Shown here: piece after piece, positions 1 to 10,584 of the stretch
Layout of the letters: each line of letters opens with the position of its first letter
Position numbering within the stretch: position 1 is the stretch's first letter
Source of the DNA: Takakia lepidozioides
Lineage: Eukaryota > Plantae > Bryophyta
Direction: 5' to 3'
DNA: 64,000 bases
NCBI GenBank assembly: GCA_030704615.1
Contig: CM060734.1
Span: forward strand, 23,250,001-23,314,000
Translations under genes and position numbers: made by a program
The notes under the pieces: model-generated
The model's input: the letters and a program-made list of their open reading frames with translations, nothing else
Databases searched by the model: none
Told to the model about the DNA's origin: nothing

Positions 1-1761
1 CTCTCTATGAAGAGTGCACGAAGTAGAACACAAATCAAGTTTGGAGTGCAAAACAGGGAAGAAACTGTGGTTCTCGGTCCAAATGAATTTTGTTTCCCTC
101 CCGAATTCGGCACGCACGTTGCATATGGAGTCATTACACATACGGTTCAGAAACAGAATGAGAAAAGAATCATGAGCACGCGAAATGCAGTCCAACAGAT
201 CCCAGAGCAATAGCAGATCCCAACGGAATTCATTCAACGGGTGAACGGAACGGATGGTTGCCCATCCAAATCATTTTTGTTTGCTTTCAAACTTTGCCAG
301 TAATTTCAGGACACCCTCTCACAGGTCCCCGACCAATACGAGATCAATCGAAATTCATTCGATGGCTGAACGGATGGTTGCCCATCGAAATGATTTTGTT
401 TCCCTTTGAGACTTGGCCAGTATGTTCAGTGTACCATCTAAAGAGGTCCCAGAGTAATATGAGATGAAACGAAATTCGTTCAATGGGCCAACGGATGGTT
501 GCCCATCCAAATGATTTTCGTTCTCTTCGAGACTTGGCCAGCATGTTCAACATACCATCTGACAGGTCCCAGAGCAATACAAGATCAATCGAAATTTGTT
601 CAATGGGGGCCAATGAGGCGTTCACCTGTCATCCAGTTTTTGTTCATTGCGAAAAAAGAAATCCTGCAATGCGTGCACGGCTATTGCACCCATTGAACGG
701 ATGTGGTTAAAGCCCATCTTTTGCCAGCATGTGCTTCAATATGTGCAGAGACACAACATAAGACAAAATCATTTGTCTCCCCATCGACGCGCTCAGCCCT
801 CAACCCATTCGAGAATTTAAATGAATTTGAAGCCAGTAATTAGGTCAACACTGTCTTTTCATTGGGGGTTTCTGCCACATATCGATTTTATTTTTGGCTC
901 AATTTTGTTCTGCGGCTTCAAACCTCCCACCGCTACATCTCTGCCAAAATTTGGACCAATAAAAAAGGATCCAAGAAAAAAGTGTTGTCTTCACTCACTA
1001 TTGCAGAACTCTCTATGAAGAGTGCACGAAGTAGAACACAAATCAAGTTTGGAGTGCAAAACAGGGAAGAAACTGTGGTTCTCGGTCCAAATGAATTTTG
1101 TTTCCCTCCCGAATCGGCACGCACGTTGCATATGGAGTCATTACACATACGGTTCAGAAACAAAATGAGAAAAGAATCACGAGCACGCGAAACGCAGTCC
1201 AACAGATCCTAGAGCAATAGCAGATCCCAACGGAATTCATTCAACGGGTGAACGGAACGGATGGTTGCCCATCCAAATCATTTTTGTTTGATTTCAAACT
1301 TTGCCAGTATGTTCGGGACACCCTCTCACAGGTCCCCGACCAATACGAGATCAATTGAAATTCATTCGATGGCTGAACGGATGGTTGCCCATCGAAATGA
1401 TTTTGGTTCCCTTTGAGACTTGGCCAGTATGTTCAGTGTACCATCTAAAGAGGTCCCAGAGTAATATGAGATGAAACGAAATTCGTTCAATGGGCCAACG
1501 GATGGTTGCCCATCCAAATGATTTTCGTTCGCTTCAAGACTTGGCCAGCATGTTCAACGTACCATCTGACAGGTCCCAGAGCAATACGAGATCAATCGAA
1601 ATTTGTTCAATGGGGGCCAATGAGGCGTTCACCTGTCATCCAGTTTTTGTTCATTGCGAAAAAAGAAATCCTGCAATGCGTGCACGGCTATTGCACCCAT
1701 TGAACGGATGTGGTTAAAGCCCATCTTTTGCCAGCATGTGCTTCAACCTGTGTGCGGCACA
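1..1761. repeat. Higher-order tandem repeat: ~1008-bp unit built partly from ~120-bp subunits (satellite family A), cut at 1761 by an LTR insertion
   Basis: Position 1 (ctctctatgaagagtgcacg) recurs at 1009. Subunits containing ggatggttgcccatc recur about every 120 bp. The duplicated short ORFs in the track (483/1490, 499/1506) reflect this repeat. Confidence 0.9.
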
Positions 1762-2645
1762 TGTTAATAACGGCTATGCTACGAGGGATAGACAACGAGG
1801 GTTGCAACGGGACATACTGGGTAGTGATGGACGTACACTACCTGAGCCACAGGCAGAGACGGCTAAGTACGCGGTACTTAGCCAATGGCGGGACAAGGGT
1901 ACATTACCACAAGAGCAGTAGTGGGTAGTGTAGTAACCGTGAGCTGTGAACCACGATATCACACGGTCACGTTAGCATCGGCTTTAACCAATAGAGGGAG
2001 TAGTGGACCGTTTACCACTATGGCTCACGACCACTACAACGAGCCACTTTTTAGCAAACCTTTTAGGTTGCGTAGGCAGTTAGGCAAATGGTCATGAACG
2101 ACCGCAAGCTGTAACGGCTCTTTCGAGCATAGTATAAAAAGACTGCACGCAACTTAGAGGGTGTGCAGTATGAGTATCAGTGATCAATGTGTATTGAGAG
2201 GGACTCGGAGTGATTATGTGTACTTGGGTGATGATGTGATGAGCTCTGAAGTAAAGCCATGCTATTCGAAGTATCTCTGTGTAGAGTGAATGTGAGATAG
2301 AGAATGTGCATTATGAGAGAACGTGAGATGGTGAGAATGTGTATCATCTCAGAATAGTTCTTGTTTTCTCTTGACTACCATGTGCTTGTATGAACCAAGA
2401 GGCTTCAGTCCTTTCGACTAAGATCTTTTATGCTTAAGAGACTGTAGATTGGGCTTAATCAATAGGATTAAGCAGCCTGCAAGGATATGGCTTCATCCGA
2501 CGTTCATGGTTTAGCTATCCTTAAAATGATTACTTCGTAATCGTTTCTGAGAGCATACCGTCGGACAATCTCTATTGCATGTCTTAGGAAATGGGCAGTA
2601 TTGTTAATAGCCTGTTTTGTCTAAGTCATAAACCAACGGTTAACA
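1762..2645 (+). repeat. 5' LTR (884 bp)
   Basis: Termini are TGTTAA...TTAACA, followed after 2 nt by a PBS. TATA-like agtataaaa at ~2131. Confidence 0.8.
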
Positions 2646-2647
2646 TT

Positions 2648-2665
2648 TGGCGACCATACTGGGGA
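2648..2665 (+). other. Primer-binding site (TGGCGACCATACTGGGGA, resembling the tRNA-Asp-type PBS of non-chromoviral gypsy elements)
   Basis: TGG start immediately after the LTR terminal CA. The tRNA identity is inferred. Confidence 0.65.
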
Positions 2666-3841
2666 CTAACAGTATGTTGAGTTCAAAAGTACTCAAAGAA
2701 GGATGGTTACTCAGTGATTTCTTGAAATCACGACAGAATGAGTCAACAGAAGCAAAGGAATGGAAAACATTCCTGGAAAATTTTCATGGTTTACCAAGAG
2801 CAATACAACATAAAATCTTTCTGTCAGTCGCAAAAGAAGATGACAAATGGGGATTGAAGGGAGGAGTGATCAGTATTACACGAGCACCTTGAGAATGTAG
2901 GATTAGAAGTGAAGAGTGGTTGTCTCGTCTAGCTCTATTGATTACTCTAATCCCAATCTGCAGAAAAGTTTGTTACACTAGTTATATTTTCAGAGAAGGA
3001 TGTTCAAATTATGAATATTGTCACACGATCATAGAAGAAGTGGAGTACTGGATACCCAAAGACTTATTGCAAGTCAGATATACTGAAAAAGACAGATGGT
3101 ATTATTGTGCCCATTAAAAAGTTTGGTGATCAATCAGTGAAAAGGAAAATTAAGTCATAATACGGATTCTTGCAAGATAGGTAGAATCTTGAAGAAAGGG
3201 TAGAGACACTATAATTTTTCTTTACTGACATACCAAGACTATTTTAAAGGGTACTGAAAAGGAATTCTACATATGATGTGGGAATGAATGAGGAAATTAA
3301 AGAAAAAGCTAAACAAGACAGAGCTGAATGAATAGAGAAATATGCTGCAGAAAGGGAGGCTCGGTTAAGAGAAGACTCAAGAATTCCCAGAATTACAGAA
3401 CTTGAAAATTATTCAAGGTGAGACATCAAACAGTGATAAACCAGAAGATCAAGAAATCGGATCGGTGGGAAGTGGGAACACTACACCAGAAGAAGTTGCC
3501 AGTAATGTACTTGGTGAATGGTTACCACAAGAAAGATCTCATGGACCTTCTACAGTAACAAGCCCAAATAGAGGTTTTGCTGAAATATTAGAAGAAAGAT
3601 TTGAGAACATTTTGAGTGAAGAAGGTGAAAGAAGTGAAAGCACTTCTCCAGAAATGATAACCAGAGCTGCACTCAAAGCTTTTAAAGATTCATTAAGCTT
3701 AGTAGGGACAGCAGCTGGAAGACGACTATCATTGGGACAATGACCTCCTAGCTTTGAATCACTGTTTGGAAGACAAACACCAACACCACCACAGCCAGCA
3801 GCAGCGGGACAATCCCACAACTAGTTGCACCAGCTGCACCG

Positions 3842-4498
3842 ATGGCTTTAGCAGCAAACAAAACCAAATCACCATTTCCTTTATATGATGGGAAATCTGA
3901 TCCAAATATCCATCTTAATCAATTTGAAAACATGTGCACCATTTACAATGAAGCAACAGACCAAGAGAAGATCCGACTATTTCTTTGTTCAATGGCCCGA
4001 AAAGGCATTGAATGGTTGGCAACTTTCCCAGCCAATCACTTTGCGAATTGGGCGGATATGAGAGCCGCGTTTCAAGAAAGATATAGATCCAACAAATCCA
4101 CATCTGAAATCTTCACAGGATTACAGAACCTAAGACAGAAAAAGAAAGAATTGGTAGTCGACTACCTGGAGAGAATGAAGACTCTGATCAGGAAACTACC
4201 TCAAGCACCAGGGGATGATTTGCAAAAATCATGGTTCATCAATGGACTTTGTCATGAATACGTAACCATGGTTACAGTCATGCCTAACAACACTTTGGCT
4301 GAAGCAGTAGGGACTGCAAAGAAGTTGGATTTGGGATTCCATCAGAGCAGAAGCAAAGATTCCAAATATCTCTTGGAAGAAGAAGACTCTGATGATGAAG
4401 AAAAGCCCAAGCAAAAGAAGAAAGAAGTGATTGACAAAACCACTTTGGATCAGAAGATAGCAGAGGCTATCAAGAATTTTAAAGATGAAGGGCCATGA
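3842..4498 (+). CDS. Retrotransposon Gag (fragment of a disrupted ORF)
   Basis: Retrotrans_gag-like motifs. The frame is broken before the zinc knuckles. Confidence 0.8.
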   Translation: MALAANKTKSPFPLYDGKSDPNIHLNQFENMCTIYNEATDQEKIRLFLCSMARKGIEWLATFPANHFANWADMRAAFQERYRSNKSTSEIFTGLQNLRQKKKELVVDYLERMKTLIRKLPQAPGDDLQKSWFINGLCHEYVTMVTVMPNNTLAEAVGTAKKLDLGFHQSRSKDSKYLLEEEDSDDEEKPKQKKKEVIDKTTLDQKIAEAIKNFKDEGP

Positions 4499-5745
4499 AA
4501 GGCAACAAAGTGTCACAAATGCGGGACTGCAGGACACCTGGCAACGGAATGCCATATGAAGGACAAATACTGTGATATTTGTCATATGAACAATCATAAT
4601 ACCAGCCATTGTATTTACAACCAATGGGCCAAGAAGATTGGGTACACACGAGAGGTGGGGGTACACCAAGTCATTGGGGATCATCAGACGACTTGCAATG
4701 GAAGTAGCAGGAGGTATACAAAATATCAGTAACCATTCTCAGAATGGAGGATGTGGCAGAGGGATATTCACTACTACTTGGCCGGCCATGGTTAACACAA
4801 GCCCAATCACACCACGATTGGGGAAGTCAGACTCTCACAATAAAAAAGGGAGCAGAACAAGTCACTATCACAACGAAGCAACGAGGTACCATTCCACGAG
4901 AGAAACGACCTTGCATAGTGGAAGAATATGATTGGTCCCGTGGATTGTCGGATGAAGAAGAAGCCACAGTATACGCAGCACATCCACAGTTGGAACCTAT
5001 TGGACAATTGGTGGTCAAGCATACCACAACAGTAGGATGTCACATGGTGAACACCCAAGGAGAACCAAATACTTTGAGAAATGAAGATCCAGAGGAAGAA
5101 GCAATGGACACACCTCAACACCCGGCCCGATTCTATCAAGAAAGGGAAGAAGACATTCAAATCAGTGAAGTACCTGCCACAATTGCAACCATCGGACAAG
5201 AGATTGCAGGATGCACAGTAACGGAAGAAACTCAATTGATTCAAGTGAATCTGGGAACAGTGGAAGAACCACAGATAACACGAGTCAGTGCAGGTCTTGA
5301 AGAATCATTTCTACAAGAAGCCACCGCATTATTCACTGAATACAAGGATGTATTTGCCTGGAACTACAAGGATTTGAAGGGTATACTTTCTAACATCTGT
5401 CAGCACCGAATTGAATTGGAAGTTGACACAAAACCAATTCGTCAGAACCGTTACAGAATGAACCCCAACTATGCAGCTAAAGTTTGGGAAGAATCAAGAA
5501 GTTACTGGATGCATGATTCATATACCCAGTAGAAACACCAAAATGGTTATCATCCCATTGTGATAGTACCCAAGAAAAATGGAAAACTACGAGTGTGTGT
5601 GGACTACCACAAGTTAAACGCAGGAACCAAGAAAGACCCTTTTCCACTACCTTTCACTGAAATAGTGTTGGACACAGTGGCTGGACATGAGATGTACTCA
5701 TTCATGGATGGGTTTAGTGGGTTTTTGTTTAGTTTTGTAAATTCG

Positions 5746-5910
5746 TTGACCGCCATTACTGGCGGTCATTTTTATTTGTTTTTAAATAGAGCGACAGCTA
5801 ATAATAGCGGTCGTTTTTTTATAAAAAAAAGTGCAGCGACTGCCAGTAATGGCGGTCGCTTGTATATTTTTGTTTTCTTAAAATACAACGTTTGCTTTAC
5901 TGGCGGTCGC
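5746..5910. repeat. Short array of GCGACCGCC-n-GGCGGTCGC-type palindromes with AT-rich spacers (CACTA-like subterminal repeats)
   Basis: tgaccgccattactggcggtca, gcgacagctaataatagcggtcg, gcgactgccagtaatggcggtcgc, plus one half-site. Confidence 0.7.
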
Positions 5911-5934
5911 TTTTACTGTTATTTGCCATTGTAT

Positions 5935-7050
5935 TGGCAAAGTTTGAAAACAAACAAAAATGACTTGGATGGGCAACCATCCGTTGACCCATTCAATGAA
6001 TTCTGGTTCATCTGCTATTACTCTGGGACTTGTTGGACTGCGTTTCATGTGCACGTGATTTTTTTTTCATTCCATTTTTTAACCGTATGTGTAATGACGA
6101 CATATGTTACGTGCATGCCAAATTTGGGAGTGAACAAAATTCATTTGGACCCAAAACCACAGTTTCTTCCCTATTTTGCACTCCAAACTTGATTTGCGTT
6201 CTATTACATGCACTCTTCATAGAGAGTTCTGCAATAGTGGGCGAAGAGATTTATTTATTTATTTATTTTTCATTTTTGTTTGGTCCAATTTTTTGTAGGG
6301 ATGTAGCGGTGGGAGGCTTGAAGCCGCACAACAAAATTGACCCAAAAATAAAATCGATACGTAGCAAACATCCCCTAATCAAAAGCAGTGTAAACCTAAT
6401 TATTTGCTTCAAATTCATTTAAATTCAATTAAATTCTCGAATCGGTTGAGGGGTGAGCGCGTCAATGGGGAGACAAATGATTTTTCCTTCTGTTGTTTCT
6501 CCGCGCATGTGTCGCACACATGTCCAAGCACATGCGGGCAAAAGATAGGCTTCAACCACATCCGTTCAATGGGTGCAATAGCTGGCACGCATTGCAGTTT
6601 TTCGCAATGAACAAAATTGGATGACAGGTGAACGCGTCATTGGCCTATTGAATGAATTTCGATTGATCTCATATTACTCTGGGACCTGTCAGATGGTGCA
6701 TTGAACATGCTGGCCAAGTCTCGAAGCGAACGAAAATAATTTGGATGAGCAACCATCCGTTGGGCCATTGTACGAATTTCATTTCATCTCATATTACTCT
6801 GGGACCTCTTAGATGGTACATTGAACATACTGGCCAAGTCTGAAAGCAAACCAAAATCATTTTGATAGACAACCATCTGTTGAGCCATCGAATGAATTTC
6901 GATTGATTTCATATTAGTCTGGGACCTGATACATGGTATGTTGAATATAGTGGCAAAGATTGAAAGCAAACAAAAATCATTTGGATGGTCACCATTCGAT
7001 CGCCCATTGAATGAATTTCGTTTCATCTCATATTAGACCGGGACCTGTTA
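5935..7050. repeat. Satellite family A block, inverted relative to 1-1761
   Basis: Reverse complement of the 1-1761 unit (ggatgggcaaccatccgtt; gatctcatattactctgggacc about every 120 bp). Confidence 0.9.
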
Positions 7051-7087
7051 CATTGTATGCCTTTTGAAGCTCTTTTTGTAGTGTTTC

Positions 7088-7850
7088 ATGCTTCGTAATG
7101 CGGTGCTTCTCTATGTCCACTTTTTCCAACGTTGACGTTCTCCTCCTGGAACAGATCCACACATATGTACAGAAATCCTTAAATAACCAAATGACCATCG
7201 GAACTTTTATAAGCCTCATCCCCAGCTTCAAGTTTTGATGGTCATTTGGTTTTTTAAGTATTTCTATACACATGTGTGGATCTGTTCCAGATGAAGAACA
7301 TCAACGTTGGAAAAATAAGAGCTGGAGAAGCACCTCATTACGAAGCAAAAGACATTACAGAAGACCTTAACATGTTGAACATTTGGATGAAGAACCTTGC
7401 CCATCATCACTTCAAGCGCTTCTGAAATGATCACATGTTTGTTGGTGGAAGCTAACGCGTCCTCGTCTCCCAACCATGTCTCCCCCTTTGCCACATTTCT
7501 AGTGCCATTCTCGATCTGGAAGGGATCTACAGATGTATAGAAATCCTAAAAAACCCAAATAACCATCAAAATTTGAAGCCTCATTCCCGGACCGTAGCTT
7601 CAATTTTTTATAGTTAAAAAAAATGATTTCTATACATGTCTGGATGTCTTCCAAATCAAGAATGTCATCAAATTGGAAAAGAAGAGCTAGAGAAGCACCG
7701 CATTACGAAGCAGAACACATTACAGAAGACCTCAGCATGTTCAACATTTGGATGATATCAGATGAACCATTTCGTTCGTCACTTGAAGCGCTTCTGAAAT
7801 GATCTCATGCTGAAGGTAACGCGTCCTCGTGCCAATCATGCCTCCTCGTA
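7088..7850. repeat. Foldback plus direct duplication
   Basis: 7088-7180 is inverted relative to ~7255-7347 (tgcttcgtaatgcggtgcttctc / gagaagcacctcattacgaagca). A diverged direct copy lies at ~7510-7850. Confidence 0.65.
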
Positions 7851-8489
7851 GGCCACATTGATCTCGTACTAGTCCAACACTCCCGTAGGCCACATGGAAC
7901 GGTTGATGTGATACATTTTCACAAATGCGATGTGATACATTTGTGAAATGATATCACATCAACCGTTTAATGTGGCCAATGCACCTCTTCCGCACTATGG
8001 TGGAAATGTTTGTTATTTGAAGGCACAAACACAAATAATCCGTGCAAACAATCTCAAGAATCATATGTAGTGCAAGAAGTTTCATACTACCGATGTTCAT
8101 GTAGCTGATTTCTTTAGGAATCGTTTTGCTACTCCCATGCCAACAACATCAAGTCCACTGGGACTACCATATTCCGAATTCCGTATCAGCCACCACGAAC
8201 ATGAAACCAAGAACTGAGCACCAAATCCCCAATTCATTCTATTTATGGTGGGCCGTGGCTGGCCAGGGTGGCTGATACGTTCGTTTGAACATGACAATCT
8301 CAGAGGACCTGATGTTGTTGGCATGGGAATAGCAAAAAGAGTACTACAGAATTCAGCTAGAGGAACAACAATAGCATCAAACACCTTACCGTAAATATGA
8401 TTGTTGACATTCGTTGTGACAGCTCCAATCAATAGAGAACTCGCACCATCAGTTGCAACTTGCGCTCCAGCAGCAGTACTGGTCCCCCG

Positions 8490-9190
8490 AGTAAATAAAG
8501 TTCCGTTGTAAATAATAAATTGCATACGCTCAAATCTCACAGATGTCATTTCAACAAAACCGGCCGTGTACTGTGTCACTATTTGTATGTTCCAATGTTC
8601 CAACGTTTCTGATAAGGTTCTGAGAAAAACGATGTATTGGTTCCGTATGAGTTAGACAACTTACGTTCCATATCTCATTCTCATGTGCGACACTACCATG
8701 AGAAACATGAGTCTGTACGTAACAGGTGTACATACGACCTCCGGATGTTCCAGTAAACCATTCGCTGGACCTAGTATGGAATGTTCGGACTTCGAAGGTC
8801 GCATGTGCACATGTTACTTACGGACTCATGCCTCTCATGGTAGTGTCGCATATCCGAGACGTTTTTCTATCCTCCTGGAACATGTCGTTGATCTTCTTTG
8901 AGGAAGAAGCCGTTATCACATCCGGCTTGCTCCGATAGTTACTTCAGCTCTGCCATTGCTATATTTCACTTCTTGAAGATTTTCTACTATATTTTTGTAC
9001 TCAAATGTGTGACGTTTGTTGTCTAACTCCTATGGAACTAATACATCGTTTTCTTAGAAGCCTATCAGAAACGTTGGAATATTACAAATATAAACAGTGA
9101 GACAATACACAAACCATTTATGTTGCAATGACAGGTGCCAGGGTCGAGCATATGCAATGTAGTATTTACAATGAGACTTTATTTATTACA
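8490..9190. repeat. Nested inverted repeats (outer arms ~8490-8660 / ~9017-9190; inner arms ~8683-8745 / ~8790-8853)
   Basis: Outer arms: ccaacgtttctgataagg...gagttagacaac pairs with gttgtctaactc...cctatcagaaacgttgg. Inner arms: atgtgcgacactaccatgag pairs with ctcatggtagtgtcgcatat. Confidence 0.75.
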
Positions 9191-9275
9191 TGCACGATCA
9201 AAATTGAGTTCTGTCTTCACAAATGAACCATTGTACCGCCGCAAATCTAATATCTACGAGACTATGTAGTATGGT

Positions 9276-9830
9276 CTACTCCGTCCTATATACATCTACT
9301 AGCACAGGCCAATAGAATGGCTTGCCCATGAACCTCCGTACTACGTGGGCTAATGTGACTCTCTCCTCCTTGTTGTTGTCATACAACCTTTGTAGCATTG
9401 AATACCAACAACCTCATGTAGATTGGTCCTCGAACATACTTTGATCATAATGAGCGAGGTCATTTATTCGTACCGCTATCTTCCCAATGGCAAAGGCCTT
9501 CGACGTCATGTCCTGGGGGGGGGGCATTCGCATTAAAAACCAATGCAATATCTTTTTCCACCCACCATCTTTTCGCGAGTTCCTGGTCCAGCTTGTCTTG
9601 GTTTTTTAACTGATACGACGAGGCTTTGCGTATATCCTATGGGGTGACTAAGCCCCAATCACACACTCCAATCTTAATCTCCTCGGTGTCATCTGAAAAA
9701 TGCACCAAGATGTTGTCGGGGGACAAGTCGTTGTGCATGACACCGTTCTTTGACAACATCCATGATGCACACCAATGACCATGCAAGTTTACTACGCACT
9801 TTCAGGAAACGAAGTAAGCGATCGCATTCC
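9276..9830 (-). pseudogene. Degenerate protein-kinase fragment, paralog of 38632-40139
   Basis: Manual translation of the minus strand gives DRLLRFLKVRSKLAWSLVCIMDV, NGVMHNDLSPDNILVHF..IGVCDWG, RWWVEKDIALV, AFAIGKIA and VVRRFMGKPFYWP. Frameshifted and 5'-truncated; not in the ORF track. Confidence 0.85.
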
Positions 9831-10584
9831 TAGAACTCTTATTCCATTTTATTTATTTACTTATTTCCAAAATCTCCCTGTTGTCCCAATCGTTGCCCCA
9901 TTTTCTGTCAACATGCTTGGTCAAAGCAAATAAAGCTTTTTTTTCAAGCCAAAAGAAAAAAAAAAACATTCCTAGGAAAACATTATAATCTCTCAAACAC
10001 AACGGTGAAAATTCCTAAAATTTGGGGAGATGGTAAAGGCCAGGTAGGCATGTATGTGTACGATCAATTTTTGTGGATGAATGCTGGTAGGTGGTTAGCC
10101 TCCCGTTAGTTCCAAGGGGTAGTAATGTTTGGGAGTGAAAAAATTCCCTTTTAGGAAGTTAAGGGTTAATAAAAATGTCAATACTGTTTGATAATGTACA
10201 CATATGAAGGGGGTTCTTATTGCGAGCGCGCCTGATATCCCCTACTTACTGCCAGATTTCCGCCTCCGGTCACCCTCGACTCGCAGCGGAGGGGGACGGT
10301 CAAATCCTCCCCACCCCGCTATATCGTCCGGCCGCCAGCATCGTAGCCCAGCGCCCAGATTGGCCAGCGGTTGAGTCAGGCTGAGATGGAACGAACTCGG
10401 GATATGTGGATTTGAACTCGCGACGTGCACGGGGCATAGTGGAGGAATCGTGTGTGCTCGCAAGGCGGACGGGACATCCTCGTACAAGTCTTGCTCGCGA
10501 GGACTGAAGGAGTGAATATGCGCAGGAATTACATGTGGTCGTAAATTAAGGTTTCAAGTTGGGGTGCGGGGGAGGGATGCAGGC

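Larger units (their letters stand above)
1762..5720 (+). mobile_element. Ty3/gypsy LTR retrotransposon, 3'-truncated and internally deleted (5' LTR, PBS, gag, zinc knuckles, protease C-terminus, N-terminal RT)
   Basis: LTR and PBS present. Gag 3842-4498 (YDGKSDP...W...F..RY...WFINGL). CCHC knuckles ~4510-4612. LLLGRPWL protease tail. RT motifs IVPKKNGKLRVCVDYHKLN...DPFPLP...YSFMDGFSG, ending abruptly at ~5720. Confidence 0.9.

Noticed and set aside
7-1717. Short ORFs in satellite A (also 6030-7026 and 42243-43910)
   Set aside because: Repeated translations of a non-coding tandem repeat, with frame-breaking indels between copies.
5721-6192. C-terminal extension of the RT ORF 5560-6192
   Set aside because: Read-through from truncated RT into palindromes and satellite, not a real fusion.
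8097-8603. 168-aa minus-strand ORF
   Set aside because: Non-ATG start, overlaps a foldback arm, and has no recognisable motif.
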